Assembly: GCA_041650295.1 (NCBI GenBank)
Contig: JBAZLM010000003.1
Location: forward strand, 66,933 to 130,932
Origin: Candidatus Omnitrophota bacterium
GTDB taxonomy: Bacteria; Omnitrophota; Gorgyraeia; Gygaellales; Profunditerraquicolaceae
Reading direction: 5' to 3'
Length of the DNA: 64,000 bases
Shown here in pieces: positions 10,506-20,604 of the stretch (position 1 is the stretch's first letter; each line of letters begins with the position of its first letter). The notes beneath the pieces are model-generated. The model made no database searches, had not been told where the DNA came from, and saw only the letters and a program-made list of their open reading frames with translations. Position numbers and translations under genes: made by a program.

Positions 10506-11999
10506 TTATACCACCTTATTTCCTTTTAACGTAGAATTAAATTCCATATACTTGGCCATCATTAGTCGGCTTTGCGCATCTAAAGCCGGAATAGAACCCA
10601 CAATTAAAATTATAAATGGCACAAAAAACCATTCTAAAACTAATAATACATGCTTAAGCCAACTAATCCCCTTAGGCCGCGGCGGTAAAATAGTCCAGCT
10701 TAAAAATATCCAAGTTAAACTAGTCAACAAAGTAAACCTAAACAATAACCCGGCAATCTTTGGTAGATTGTAAGCAATCGCCGTCTGACTAAAGAAAACT
10801 CCCCCAAAAAGTAAAGGCAAATATCCAATCACGACCAAAATAAACGCCCAAACCGCCCAAGTAACATGGCTTTCTAAAAGATGAAAAGACCTTCTTAATT
10901 TATTCAACAAAGAAATATTTTTATTTTGCATAAACCCGTCTACCACAAAAGGAAAATTCTCCACTCCCCAAGCCCATCTTCTTTTTTGTTTATACTGCAC
11001 TAAAATCGTCTTCCAAAGATTATTGGAATAAGCTACATCCATCGAAACAGTGATATACAAAGGGACAACTCGATAATCACCATTATAATGCAAATAACCT
11101 TTCCAATAAATCACTGAATCATCAGAGATCATATTCGTTGGCCAATAACCCACCTCTACTAATGTTTTAAAGCTCATACTGTGACTAGAAAATGTCACAA
11201 ATTTCTCAAGCCGCATACTTTCAATCAACTGACAAAATGAACTACTAATTTCGATGAGTCTGGCAAAAGAAGGCGCTTGCCAAATATTATTATTATAAAC
11301 CGGCATCGGCTGATAACTAGCCTGATGCGGCTTAGCTGAAGTTAAAAAATGATATGCCAGGCAACCAAAATATTCTGCCTCTACGCAAGTATCCGCATCA
11401 AAACAAGAGACAATTACTTTTTCATAATCTATTCCTTGCATATCTAAAAATTTTTTAGCCTCCCTAGCCGACCAAGTAGCATTAGCACCTTTAGTGCGTG
11501 CCTCCCCCGCCAACCCATCCGGATGAAACGTCGATAGGTGCGCCCCAAATTTTCCGGTAAACTCATTTTCTAAAATCGCAGCAGTTTCATGTGCCAAGAG
11601 ATTGCGCTCCTCAAAAGCCATCACTAAAATAATCTTTTCTTTTGGATAATGACTTTTACTTAAAGCCTCCAAAGACGGGCGCAAAACTTCCAGTCCCTCG
11701 TTATAAACTGGAAATATAACCAACTGATATAAAGCAGAAAAACCCTGAATTGCTGGCAACTCTAAACAACACTGTAACCAATCTTTATTTTTTTGCCGGA
11801 ATAACCTTTGGTGAGCCATAATTAAAAGTGTAGTTAAATAAATCGTACGGATAATCCAATAAAAATCAAAAGTAATAATAATTAAAGCACTGATTACCGG
11901 ATGAATAATCGAAAGGATAATTAACCCGAGAATTATCCCCCAAGACAAACCTCCGGGAACTATCTCCATAACTCTTCTTAAGAATGCGCGCTTATTCAT
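10506..11999 (-). CDS. Family 2 glycosyltransferase, integral membrane (cellulose-synthase-like fold)
   Basis: 497 aa. N- and C-terminal TM bundles flank a cytosolic GT-A domain (VIVSCFDADTCVEAEYF, QxxRW-like KQKRRWAWG). Confidence 0.65.
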   Translation of the reverse strand: MNKRAFLRRVMEIVPGGLSWGIILGLIILSIIHPVISALIIITFDFYWIIRTIYLTTLLIMAHQRLFRQKNKDWLQCCLELPAIQGFSALYQLVIFPVYNEGLEVLRPSLEALSKSHYPKEKIILVMAFEERNLLAHETAAILENEFTGKFGAHLSTFHPDGLAGEARTKGANATWSAREAKKFLDMQGIDYEKVIVSCFDADTCVEAEYFGCLAYHFLTSAKPHQASYQPMPVYNNNIWQAPSFARLIEISSSFCQLIESMRLEKFVTFSSHSMSFKTLVEVGYWPTNMISDDSVIYWKGYLHYNGDYRVVPLYITVSMDVAYSNNLWKTILVQYKQKRRWAWGVENFPFVVDGFMQNKNISLLNKLRRSFHLLESHVTWAVWAFILVVIGYLPLLFGGVFFSQTAIAYNLPKIAGLLFRFTLLTSLTWIFLSWTILPPRPKGISWLKHVLLVLEWFFVPFIILIVGSIPALDAQSRLMMAKYMEFNSTLKGNKVV

Positions 12000-12927
12000 T
12001 ATCTTTTTTCATTAATTTTTCTAACAAAACTGGGCTAGAGCTTAAGTCTAACTTATATAAATTATTATACGCTCGGCCATTTATATTTTTTTGATTATCG
12101 CTAAAATAAAGCAAGTTTTCTTTGCTATCATAGAAAGCTACCGTAGCTTCTTTATTTAATTTTACTAAATTTATCGGATGCGCTTGCGTTCGCGATTCAA
12201 TGATTTGAATATACTTGTCCGTAAATACAATTAAATGATAGCTATCCGCATACCAAAAGACATTAATTATTTTCTCCTGCGGATAATCTAAAAATACCGC
12301 CGAATCCGCATACCCATAATCTGCCTGATTATCAAAGAAAACTACCACAATTTGGTGTTGGTTAAAAATAAATAATTTATTTTTATCATCAGCTACCTGC
12401 CAGCCAACAATTGAGGTAAATTTTTCCGGTAAACTAGCGATATCCTCAAAATTGCCCCCTTCTAAATTAGAACGATAAACTACATTGGTTTCTTGATCTA
12501 AATAATAAATAAATTTTTTTTCAAAATCTATATGAAAAGAAGAAAACTTTTCTTGATTCAATTGCAATAAATTAGGACGCAGTGGGAAAAGAATGATTTT
12601 ATCTAAACGACAAGCTTTCCCCGCCTCAACGTAAGCCTCTCCCTTCCAGGGATAATGCTGTTTCAACTCAATCGCAATTTTATAAGTACCCGGGACTAGC
12701 TCATGCAAACTAGTGGGAGTTTTTTCAGCAGTTAATTTACCATTTAAATATACTTTTGCACCGTCAGGTTGGGTTTTTACAAAAATTAATCCGGTTTTAG
12801 TGAATTTTAAAGTATGGGGATTGAATTTATACCCTAAAGCAAAAGAAAGAATAAAGGGCAACCCAGCAAAAAACAAAGATAAGCTTAGATAAAATAATAA
12901 GCTTCTAATTTTTTGAAAATTTAACAT
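11992..12927 (-). CDS. PEGA domain-containing protein
   Basis: An N-terminal TM is followed by a PEGA-like segment (FVKTQPDGAKVYLNGKLTAEKTP). The rest is uncharacterised. Confidence 0.5.
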   Translation of the reverse strand: MLNFQKIRSLLFYLSLSLFFAGLPFILSFALGYKFNPHTLKFTKTGLIFVKTQPDGAKVYLNGKLTAEKTPTSLHELVPGTYKIAIELKQHYPWKGEAYVEAGKACRLDKIILFPLRPNLLQLNQEKFSSFHIDFEKKFIYYLDQETNVVYRSNLEGGNFEDIASLPEKFTSIVGWQVADDKNKLFIFNQHQIVVVFFDNQADYGYADSAVFLDYPQEKIINVFWYADSYHLIVFTDKYIQIIESRTQAHPINLVKLNKEATVAFYDSKENLLYFSDNQKNINGRAYNNLYKLDLSSSPVLLEKLMKKDNE

Positions 12928-14201
12928 TTTGTAAAAGTCTCTTTCTTACGCAGCAGATGATGATAGCTTAAAGCAAAACGATGCGCTTCATCGCGTATTC
13001 TGCGAATTAAATTTAGCCCCACAGCATTTTCAGGAAAATTTAAACTCACCGATTCTTGGCTACTATAAATATGCTCTTTTTCTTCACCCCGTATAAAACC
13101 GCAGGTTTTTTTACGGGGTTTGGCAATGCTAACTAGGGGAATAGTTAAATTTAGCTGCTTCAGCATTAAAGAAGCCGTTAAAAGATGTCCTTTGCCACCA
13201 TCAATGAGCACCAAATCCGGCAAAGCTTTATTTTCTCGAATTAACCTGCTATAGCGTCGACTAACGACTTCTGCTAACATCTTATAATCATCTACACCAC
13301 TAAAACTTTTTATACGATATCGTCGATAATTATTTTTATCCGCTACTCCATTCTCAAAACTAACCATCGACCCTACCGCTTGCTTACCAGAAATGTTAGA
13401 GATATCAAATCCTTCAATTCTTTTAGGAAGATTGGTTAGGTTTAATCTATTTCTTAGATCATCTAACTCTGCCTGACGAGTAAATCGATTGGGAGTCGCA
13501 GAGATCTCAGATAAAACAATAATTTGATCACGTATTTTAGCTGCAGCTTCAAAATCAAGTTTTTCAGATTGAAGCTGCATTAATTTATGTAATTTTTGTA
13601 ATAATAAGTCCGTTTTTCCTTCCAACACTAAAACAATCTGATTAATTAACATCGCGTATTCTTTTTGTGTAATCTTACCTATGCAAGGAGCCGGACAAAG
13701 CTTAATGCGAGCATAAATACAGCTCTGCTTGGGTAATTTTTTACAAGATCTAAACCCAAAACTATGCCGAATAATTTTTAAAGCACTTTTTAGAAGCTTG
13801 GCATTAGTATAAGGACCCAAATAACGGCTAGATAAATCATCTTTTTTGCGTGTGATATAAACTGCAGGAAATTTTTCATCAGTAATTTTAACTAATGGAA
13901 AACTTTTATCGTCTTTAAGAGAGATATTATATTTAGGCTTTAGATCATGCACCAAAGCAGCTTCCAGCAATAAAGCCATCGCTTCATTGGCAGTTAATCT
14001 AAATTCAACATCGGTTACCTGAAAAATTAAAGCCGCAGTTTTATTATTAACATCTTTAGCTAAATAGTTTAACAATCTTTTTTTTAATGAATTAGCTTTA
14101 CCTACGTAAAGCACTTGCCCAAAACGATTACGCATCAGATAAACGCCACAGGAATCCGGAGCAGCTAAAAATTTTTCTCTTAAATTTTGTAAGTTTGCCA
14201 T
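12921..14201 (-). CDS. uvrC: Excinuclease ABC subunit C, short form lacking C-terminal (HhH)2
   Basis: N-terminal GIY-YIG domain (GVYLMRNRFGQVLYVGKANSLKKRL), a UVR domain and an endonuclease domain. At 426 aa it is shorter than the roughly 600-aa canonical UvrC. Confidence 0.75.
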   Translation of the reverse strand: MANLQNLREKFLAAPDSCGVYLMRNRFGQVLYVGKANSLKKRLLNYLAKDVNNKTAALIFQVTDVEFRLTANEAMALLLEAALVHDLKPKYNISLKDDKSFPLVKITDEKFPAVYITRKKDDLSSRYLGPYTNAKLLKSALKIIRHSFGFRSCKKLPKQSCIYARIKLCPAPCIGKITQKEYAMLINQIVLVLEGKTDLLLQKLHKLMQLQSEKLDFEAAAKIRDQIIVLSEISATPNRFTRQAELDDLRNRLNLTNLPKRIEGFDISNISGKQAVGSMVSFENGVADKNNYRRYRIKSFSGVDDYKMLAEVVSRRYSRLIRENKALPDLVLIDGGKGHLLTASLMLKQLNLTIPLVSIAKPRKKTCGFIRGEEKEHIYSSQESVSLNFPENAVGLNLIRRIRDEAHRFALSYHHLLRKKETFTKC

Positions 14202-15730
14202 AAAATTTTATCGGTCAACTCTTTTAATTCAGTAACTTTAAAAATAAAACAAAAGACAATGTAAGCTATGCCGCCGCAAAATAATGCCCAATAAAAATTT
14301 AATGCCCGATTCACTAAAAAGCAAACCGCAGCCATACCTAAAGTTGCCCCACAAACACGTAAAAATGAAAAAAGTATTTTATTTTCTTGAAAACCACCTA
14401 AGCGCTTACTTAAAATGAAAAATAAAACAAAAAAAGTAATTACCCCAGAGATAGAAGTAGCCAATGCTAAGCCGCCGATTTTAAGGGGAAACATTAAAAT
14501 AGCATTAAGTGCGACATTTAAAAATAAAGCCAAACCCGCGATCTTAGTCGGAGTAACCGTATCCTTTAAAGCAAAAAAGCAACATTGTAAAATTTTTGTG
14601 CCCCCGTAAGCAAATAACCCAATACTATAATAAAATAAAGCGCTGCTAGTCAAAACTCCTGAATTGAAATCAAATCTCCCTCCGCCGAAAAAAGTAAAAA
14701 CTAAAGGCTTGGCCAAAACCATAAAGAGTGCAGTCATTGGCATCAGCACAAAGAAAACTGTCCGCAGCCCCCAGGAAAGCGTATGCTTAAGATTATCATG
14801 ATTATCTTCTAATACCTGGGTTGAAAATGTGGGTAGAATTGCCTGGGCAATCGCATTACTAAAAATACCGATCGGAAATTGAATCAGCCGATAAGCAAAA
14901 TAAAGTACAGCAACTCCCCCATCTCCGACAATAGCTATTAATGAACCAAAAATGGTATCCACAAAATTATTTAACTGATAAATACTGGAGCTAACTAATC
15001 GCGGCAACAATAATTTCTTAATTTGCACTATACCGGGATGCTTAAAATTAAACGCTACTCTTGGTCGAAAGCCTTTTTTATATAAAAGCGGAATCTGCAC
15101 TGCTAACTGCAAAACCCCGCCTAAAAGAACTCCAGTGGCTAATCCTTTCGTCCCTTCCCCTAAAAGCAAAGCGCAAATAATTATCGAAATATTTAATAAA
15201 CAAGGCGCAAACGCCGAAATGGTAAAATTCTTTAGCGAATTCAACACCGCCATGGCATATGCCGCTAAACCAATCAGAAAAATATAAGGAAAAATAATGC
15301 GATTTAAATTAATGGTTGCTTGTAATTTTTCTGGGAAAGCGATAAACCCCGGAGCAATCAAACGCACAATCAACGGGGAAAATATAATCCCCAAAATAGT
15401 GATCGCGCTTAAGATTACCACCGCTAGATTAAGTAAAAGATTAGCCAGTTCCCAAAACTCTTCTTTAGAACGCTTATGATTATATTCACTTAAAACCGGA
15501 ACAATCGCCGCATTGGAAGCCCCTTCTCCCACTAAATCGCGAAAAAGATTGGGTATACGAAAAGCAATGACGAAAGCCTGAGCATAAACATAAATACCAA
15601 ATAAGCGGGCAATAATAATATCTCTAATAAAACCCAGGATACGCGAACTCAACGTGGCTAAGCTAATCATCCCCGCTGAACGGGCAACGCTGTGATTGTG
15701 ATGATTTATGAAAGATTTGTCTGTTGACAT
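14180..15730 (-). CDS. murJ: Lipid II flippase MurJ
   Basis: 516-aa polytopic protein. N-terminus LSRILGFIRDIIIARLFG is typical of MurJ/MviN. Confidence 0.85.
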   Translation of the reverse strand: MSTDKSFINHHNHSVARSAGMISLATLSSRILGFIRDIIIARLFGIYVYAQAFVIAFRIPNLFRDLVGEGASNAAIVPVLSEYNHKRSKEEFWELANLLLNLAVVILSAITILGIIFSPLIVRLIAPGFIAFPEKLQATINLNRIIFPYIFLIGLAAYAMAVLNSLKNFTISAFAPCLLNISIIICALLLGEGTKGLATGVLLGGVLQLAVQIPLLYKKGFRPRVAFNFKHPGIVQIKKLLLPRLVSSSIYQLNNFVDTIFGSLIAIVGDGGVAVLYFAYRLIQFPIGIFSNAIAQAILPTFSTQVLEDNHDNLKHTLSWGLRTVFFVLMPMTALFMVLAKPLVFTFFGGGRFDFNSGVLTSSALFYYSIGLFAYGGTKILQCCFFALKDTVTPTKIAGLALFLNVALNAILMFPLKIGGLALATSISGVITFFVLFFILSKRLGGFQENKILFSFLRVCGATLGMAAVCFLVNRALNFYWALFCGGIAYIVFCFIFKVTELKELTDKILWQTYKI

Positions 15731-15810
15731 GAGTAATTAATTATGCTAATAATATCCCTTGTTATTACCGGCCTAAAGGGGCCGATTATTCTAAACATTA
15801 AGGAGAATAT

Positions 15811-16074
15811 ATGCCTAGACGTAGAACATCAATTAAAAGTACCCGCGTAAATAAAAGAAAACATACTCGTAATCTTAAGGTCAAAGTAGCACTTAAGAAA
15901 GCGATCAAGAATTTTCAAGAATTAATTACTAAAAAAGATGCTAGTGAAGCTAAAAAATGCTTAGTTAAGGTTTTTTCTCAGCTAGATAAAGCCGCCAAAA
16001 AAAATGTCATCGCTTTAGGAACCGCTAATCGCAAAAAATCGCGCCTCATGCTTCGTTTAAACAAAAGCGCATAA
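15811..16074 (+). CDS. rpsT: 30S ribosomal protein S20
   Basis: 87-aa basic protein (SIKSTRVNKRKHTRNLKVK ...). AAGGAG Shine-Dalgarno sequence lies 4 nt upstream. Confidence 0.9.
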   Translation: MPRRRTSIKSTRVNKRKHTRNLKVKVALKKAIKNFQELITKKDASEAKKCLVKVFSQLDKAAKKNVIALGTANRKKSRLMLRLNKSA

Positions 16075-16764
16075 ATTTACCACTAATTTTTCCAAAGCAA
16101 AGGCAGGCCTAAGCCTGCCTGTTTTTATCTCAATATCACAATTCAGCAAAAGTTTTAATTTTCTCTTTGCAATTTGACTTTGGATATCCTGTTTTTCCCA
16201 AGCAAAACGCAAACCGCCCAAAATCCTCTCCGGGGCTTGGCCATTTTTAAGCAGCTGGCTTAAGACCTCCAGAGCATAATCAGTTTTTCTCAATTCAATC
16301 TGGCGATTTAAAGCAAATGTATCCGGATTAGTTATCTCTTTAAAACGCATAAGCGATGCATATGAAGAGATCGCCTTAACAAATTCATCTTTATAATCAT
16401 ATTGCGGAAAATCTAAAACTAAAATTAATTGTTTAAATGGCTTTTTAGCATAAGCCAGCAGAAAATCCCGCGATGCATCATCTAGAGAATCTGCTTCTTT
16501 AATTACAACAATTCTTTTTTCACTTTTTAAGGGAATTGCCAGAAAACGTTCTTGGATATCTTTTAATTTTATTTCATTAGCATATAAGATATCCAGGTTA
16601 AAATCCTGCAGATCTTTAGAAAGGGCTTCCTGCTTTATTTTTCTAAGTTGAGTTTCTTTAGCCGCGATATCCTGGCCAATAAGTAAATAAACCCCGTTAG
16701 AAACAGGTTGTCGCAGACAACCACCGGATGTCTCATTTATCTTATTTCTAACGGGGTAAACCAT
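16057..16764 (-). CDS. holA: DNA polymerase III delta subunit (HolA), short
   Basis: VYLLIGQD...RKIKQEAL signature of the clamp-loader delta subunit. The ATG lies 1 nt after the lptE stop. Codons 3-24 are encoded by the hairpin repeat at 16692-16756. Confidence 0.7.
   Translation of the reverse strand: MVYPVRNKINETSGGCLRQPVSNGVYLLIGQDIAAKETQLRKIKQEALSKDLQDFNLDILYANEIKLKDIQERFLAIPLKSEKRIVVIKEADSLDDASRDFLLAYAKKPFKQLILVLDFPQYDYKDEFVKAISSYASLMRFKEITNPDTFALNRQIELRKTDYALEVLSQLLKNGQAPERILGGLRFAWEKQDIQSQIAKRKLKLLLNCDIEIKTGRLRPAFALEKLVVNLCAFV
16101..16126 (+). terminator. Rho-independent terminator for rpsT
   Basis: Stem aggcaggc, loop ctaa, stem gcctgcct, then gttttt. It lies inside the 3' coding end of the convergent holA ORF. 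Confidence 0.6.
16692..16756. repeat. Hairpin repeat copy 2 (ccccgttagaaa ... tttctaacgggg)
   Basis: 12-13-bp perfect inverted repeat with a 41-nt spacer. Same motif as the IRs flanking the GIY-YIG gene. Confidence 0.8.
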
Positions 16765-16765
16765 A

Positions 16766-17338
16766 TTACCATTGTTCAACGGTGCGTTCGACAATACGCC
16801 GAGCCAAATCCTCTACTGCATTAGTAACGGCTGTATCTTCAGAGACCAAAATCACATTACCAGAAGCAAAGCTGGTAAAATAAGAATAGTTACCATTAAA
16901 ATTACTCTCTTCCCAAACTAATTTATTCTCTGTAGTATCCCAAAGGCTAAGTTTTACATAAACATTAATACGATACTCCGTAACATTTTCACTATCGGCA
17001 GTATAACTCAAAGGATCCTTACGATATTCAATAAGTTCTCCCTTTAGCACTAAATCAGCTTGGCCATCTTTAGCCGGTTTTAGATTTCCATCAAAAAGAT
17101 ATTTATTAATTACTTTTTTAGTAATTTCAGTCTCAAGCATCGGTCGATAAATACGATATTTACTGGCAGAATAAGACTCTTGAGTTACATCTACTTTATT
17201 TAAGAAGGGAGTGACATAAATCGTTTTATATTTTCCATAAAGCATGGAGCGGGTAGTATAACCGCAACCACTTAAAACACTGGTTAAAATAAATAACCCG
17301 GTAGTAAAAATTACAAAAAATTTAACTTTATTTCTCAT
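16766..17338 (-). CDS. lptE: LPS-assembly lipoprotein LptE-like
   Basis: Lipobox LSGCG. Size and beta-rich composition match LptE/RlpB. Gene order is bamD-lptE-holA. Confidence 0.55.
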   Translation of the reverse strand: MRNKVKFFVIFTTGLFILTSVLSGCGYTTRSMLYGKYKTIYVTPFLNKVDVTQESYSASKYRIYRPMLETEITKKVINKYLFDGNLKPAKDGQADLVLKGELIEYRKDPLSYTADSENVTEYRINVYVKLSLWDTTENKLVWEESNFNGNYSYFTSFASGNVILVSEDTAVTNAVEDLARRIVERTVEQW

Positions 17339-18275
17339 TTTTACGCTCCATCATCTGCAACCTCACTAATGCCTCTTTAGCCAAAGGACTTTCTGGATGA
17401 CTATCAATTATATCATTATAATAAATTTTTGCCGAATTAAAATTCTTTTGTTTTTCATAAAACCGTGCAATGTTATAGCTAGCCTCTGCCTCTTTTTCTC
17501 TAATCCGATCAACATTTTTCTGCGCATCTAAAGAAAGTACAGCATCTGGATGCTCCCTAACAAACTCTTCAAACTTTTCCTTAGCCTCTTGCGCTGCTCC
17601 CTGATCATAAGCAAACCCTTTGGACAAGCTAGCTCGGCAAGAGGCAATCTGAAATTTTGCTGGTGCAGCCCACTCGCTATCCGGATAACGTGAGACTACT
17701 TTATTAAACTCATCTTCGGCTTCATAATAACGCAACAGTCCTTTTAGCACCAAACCTAATTTATATTGTGCTGCTGGAGCTAACGGCCCGTAAGTAGAGT
17801 TCTCGATCACCTTACCAAATATTTCAATCGCCGGATTATCTACGGGCAAAGTTATACCTAAAGCTTTGCGCGTTTCTCCGTTCATAAACCTTTCAGCAAT
17901 TTTATATTCGCGTTCATTAATCTCCTGGATACGCTCACTAAAAGGATACTTATCAATCACCATCTGATAAGCCTGAAATGCTTCATAGATCCTACCCTGC
18001 TTTTCTTCTGCTAAACCTAAATAATACTGACTTTCCGCGGCTTCCGCAGATTTAGGGTAAGCCTTCAATAATTTACGAAATTCACGTTTAGCTTCATCCA
18101 ATTTATTGTCATCGAAAAAGATTTTCGCATAAGCAAATTGATCTTTAGGATTATCTTTAGGCAGAGATTTAGGGTTTATCCATTTACCGGTTTTGGGGGT
18201 CCAGATCCAATAGGAATACACCGGTTGGATAGCTAAAAGAGAAATAATTAAAAAACTTAAAATTATACGTTTCAT
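17328..18275 (-). CDS. bamD: Outer membrane protein assembly factor BamD-like TPR lipoprotein
   Basis: Signal peptide followed by multiple TPR-like repeats (YYLGLAEEKQGRIYEA ... AQYKLGLVLK ...). Confidence 0.6.
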   Translation of the reverse strand: MKRIILSFLIISLLAIQPVYSYWIWTPKTGKWINPKSLPKDNPKDQFAYAKIFFDDNKLDEAKREFRKLLKAYPKSAEAAESQYYLGLAEEKQGRIYEAFQAYQMVIDKYPFSERIQEINEREYKIAERFMNGETRKALGITLPVDNPAIEIFGKVIENSTYGPLAPAAQYKLGLVLKGLLRYYEAEDEFNKVVSRYPDSEWAAPAKFQIASCRASLSKGFAYDQGAAQEAKEKFEEFVREHPDAVLSLDAQKNVDRIREKEAEASYNIARFYEKQKNFNSAKIYYNDIIDSHPESPLAKEALVRLQMMERKNEK

Positions 18276-18352
18276 AGGGGTTTATTGCTGAATTACAGCT
18301 TCTCCAATTTATCATAGCCCAAAGCGTTTGTCAAAGATATTATCGGGTTTGG

Positions 18353-19768
18353 TTAATAACGAATATAAGCAAAGGGGAGCTTAATGATTGCGGTATTTAT
18401 ACTTAAGAGCAAGTTAATGAATAACGCAACCGGAGCACTAAAAAGGCTGGCTAAATATGGATGAATTAAACCAAAAACCACTAAAGTAAATCCGGATAAA
18501 GTAATCACTGTAGCCAGAGGAACAATTAAAATGTTGGCGATAATCGTAATCGGAGCAATAATTCTAAAATTAAAAGCAATAATCCATAAAGTACCTAACC
18601 ATGCCGACAAGGAGACTAAAAAACCTTCGCCTATGAATTTCCAAATTTTATTTTTATAATCTTCTAGATGAAAAAACGCTTTTAATTTAGGGTAGAGATA
18701 AATAATTGCCCATACGCTAATAAATGATAACTGAAAACCAATATCAAAAAATTGTCGTGGAGCAATGATTAAAATAAATAAAGCAGAAAGTGCTAAAGAG
18801 TTATAGATATCGAAATCGCGTTTAAAAAAATAGGCGGACAAGAAAACTACCCCCATAACCGTAGCACGTACCACCGGATTACTGGCTCCCGTAACCGCAC
18901 AATAAATCAACAAGCAAATTATCGCTAAAATTAAACGCTGTTTACGAGGAATGCGTAAAATTTTAAACAACAGATTAATAATAAAAGCTACAATGCTCAC
19001 GTTAAAACCACTAACCACTAGAATATGAACCGTGCCCGATTTGATCATTAAATCATTGATTAACCAGGGGACATTGCGTTTCTGACCCAAAACCATCGCC
19101 GCAAGTAAGCTTGCCGGTAATTCCGGAAGAGCCCGGTAGATTGCCTCCTCCATCTTCGAACGTAGCCAAAACGAACCTGCAATTAATTTAGAGCCACCAA
19201 AGCCGGGTTGTATAATTACCTGTCGCACATCTTTAATCGACATGACCAAATAAATATCTAAGCGCTTTAAATATTCTTTATAGCTATAACTTGCGCGATT
19301 ATAACCATACGGTCTAGATAATTTTCCAATTAAAGTTAAATTAGTGCCATAACTTAACGCTTGGTTAAAATTGATTTTTACTAAAACTTTACCGCAACTT
19401 TTAAATCTAAGCTTATCTGCTTGAGCGCTCTGCAGACGAAAGATAAAACTTAAACTATTATTTTTTAACTCCGGTTGGCTATCGACATATCCATTTAAGC
19501 TATAAAGTTGATTATCTTTATAAATAACAAAATTATTAATATGGTTCTTAGGTAATCGATAAGCATTTTTTAAATTAAAAAATCCTAACAATACTGTTAA
19601 AAATAACACCGCCGATAGAAATATGAAACTTTTTGTCTGTAATTTACTAACTACAAAATAGATAAAAATTCCCACTAAAATTGCTAACCAAAAATTAATT
19701 AACTTAAGACTAGCTAAAATTATTCCCAGGCAATAAAATCCCGTTAACCAAACCAGTAACGAATTCAT
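18353..19768 (-). CDS. comEC: ComEC/Rec2 family competence protein (membrane channel domain only)
   Basis: 471-aa polytopic membrane protein with the DUF4131/competence domain. There is no C-terminal metallo-beta-lactamase domain. Confidence 0.65.
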   Translation of the reverse strand: MNSLLVWLTGFYCLGIILASLKLINFWLAILVGIFIYFVVSKLQTKSFIFLSAVLFLTVLLGFFNLKNAYRLPKNHINNFVIYKDNQLYSLNGYVDSQPELKNNSLSFIFRLQSAQADKLRFKSCGKVLVKINFNQALSYGTNLTLIGKLSRPYGYNRASYSYKEYLKRLDIYLVMSIKDVRQVIIQPGFGGSKLIAGSFWLRSKMEEAIYRALPELPASLLAAMVLGQKRNVPWLINDLMIKSGTVHILVVSGFNVSIVAFIINLLFKILRIPRKQRLILAIICLLIYCAVTGASNPVVRATVMGVVFLSAYFFKRDFDIYNSLALSALFILIIAPRQFFDIGFQLSFISVWAIIYLYPKLKAFFHLEDYKNKIWKFIGEGFLVSLSAWLGTLWIIAFNFRIIAPITIIANILIVPLATVITLSGFTLVVFGLIHPYLASLFSAPVALFINLLLSINTAIIKLPFAYIRY

Positions 19769-20094
19769 CAGATAAAAAATACCTCTTTTAACCGCTCATA
19801 ACGCAGGCGACCGATCCCCTTAACTTCTTTTAATTCTTCTAAAAATCTAAATTCTTTGTGCAAAGAGCGATACTCAATAATTCTCTCTCCCAATTTCAAA
19901 GAAACCCCCTTAACCTTGGAAATTTCACTTAAACTAATTTTATTTAAATTTAGCTTAGCTAATTCAACTTGCGGATAAACCAATTTTTCAACGCGGGCAT
20001 TTACTTTAATTAAATTATTTAAAATCAACCCGCAAAAAGCTAAACCTAAAAGAAACAAAGCTACCTTACGTTCTTCAGTTGTAAAATTGAGCAT
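19768..20094 (-). CDS. comEA: Competence protein ComEA (helix-hairpin-helix DNA-binding)
   Basis: A TM anchor is followed by an HhH motif (LEELKEVKGIGRLRYERL). The start is set at MLNFTT, which has a GGAGGG Shine-Dalgarno sequence. Confidence 0.75.
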   Translation of the reverse strand: MLNFTTEERKVALFLLGLAFCGLILNNLIKVNARVEKLVYPQVELAKLNLNKISLSEISKVKGVSLKLGERIIEYRSLHKEFRFLEELKEVKGIGRLRYERLKEVFFI

Positions 20095-20176
20095 ATTTTT
20101 AACCCTCCTCACTTTAATAGACGAAGGAATTACCATTATCTAACAGGAAAACAGCCCAGTTGTAATCGCTATCTAT

Positions 20177-20563
20177 TTGATGTATACTAAACTTATGCCT
20201 AAAAAGATCCTAATTATTGACGATGACTACAATATTGCCAAAAAAAGCAAAGAAGAGCTGCTAAAAGCCGGTTATACGGTAATAATTGCTTACGACGCTA
20301 AGAGTGGATTAGAAAAATTCAAAGCAGAAAAACCCGATTGTTTGCTTTTAGACTTAGTTTTACCAGATGATAGCGGATTTAAAGTAGCCCAAGAGATTAG
20401 AAACCTAATCGAATTTATCGATATTCCGATTATTGCTACTTCATTAAAACACGAAGATATTGATAAACATATCGCTGCCAAAAGCGGAATCACTGTTTAC
20501 GTAGAAAAACCCCTAGATTATCCCAGACTCCTCTTCCACATCAAAGACGTTCTAAATAAATAA
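20177..20563 (+). CDS. Single-domain response regulator (CheY-like receiver)
   Basis: KILIIDDD ... LLLDLVLPDDSG ... K. The phospho-acceptor Asp and the Lys are both present. Confidence 0.8.
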   Translation: MMYTKLMPKKILIIDDDYNIAKKSKEELLKAGYTVIIAYDAKSGLEKFKAEKPDCLLLDLVLPDDSGFKVAQEIRNLIEFIDIPIIATSLKHEDIDKHIAAKSGITVYVEKPLDYPRLLFHIKDVLNK

Positions 20564-20604
20564 TCCTGTTGCTTTTCAAGTGAGTGTCGATTTATAAGCT
20601 TTCT

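Noticed and set aside
10369-10773. 134-aa plus-strand ORF
   Set aside because: It spans the intergenic hairpin array and is antisense to the GT2 gene. No ribosome-binding site and no homology pattern.
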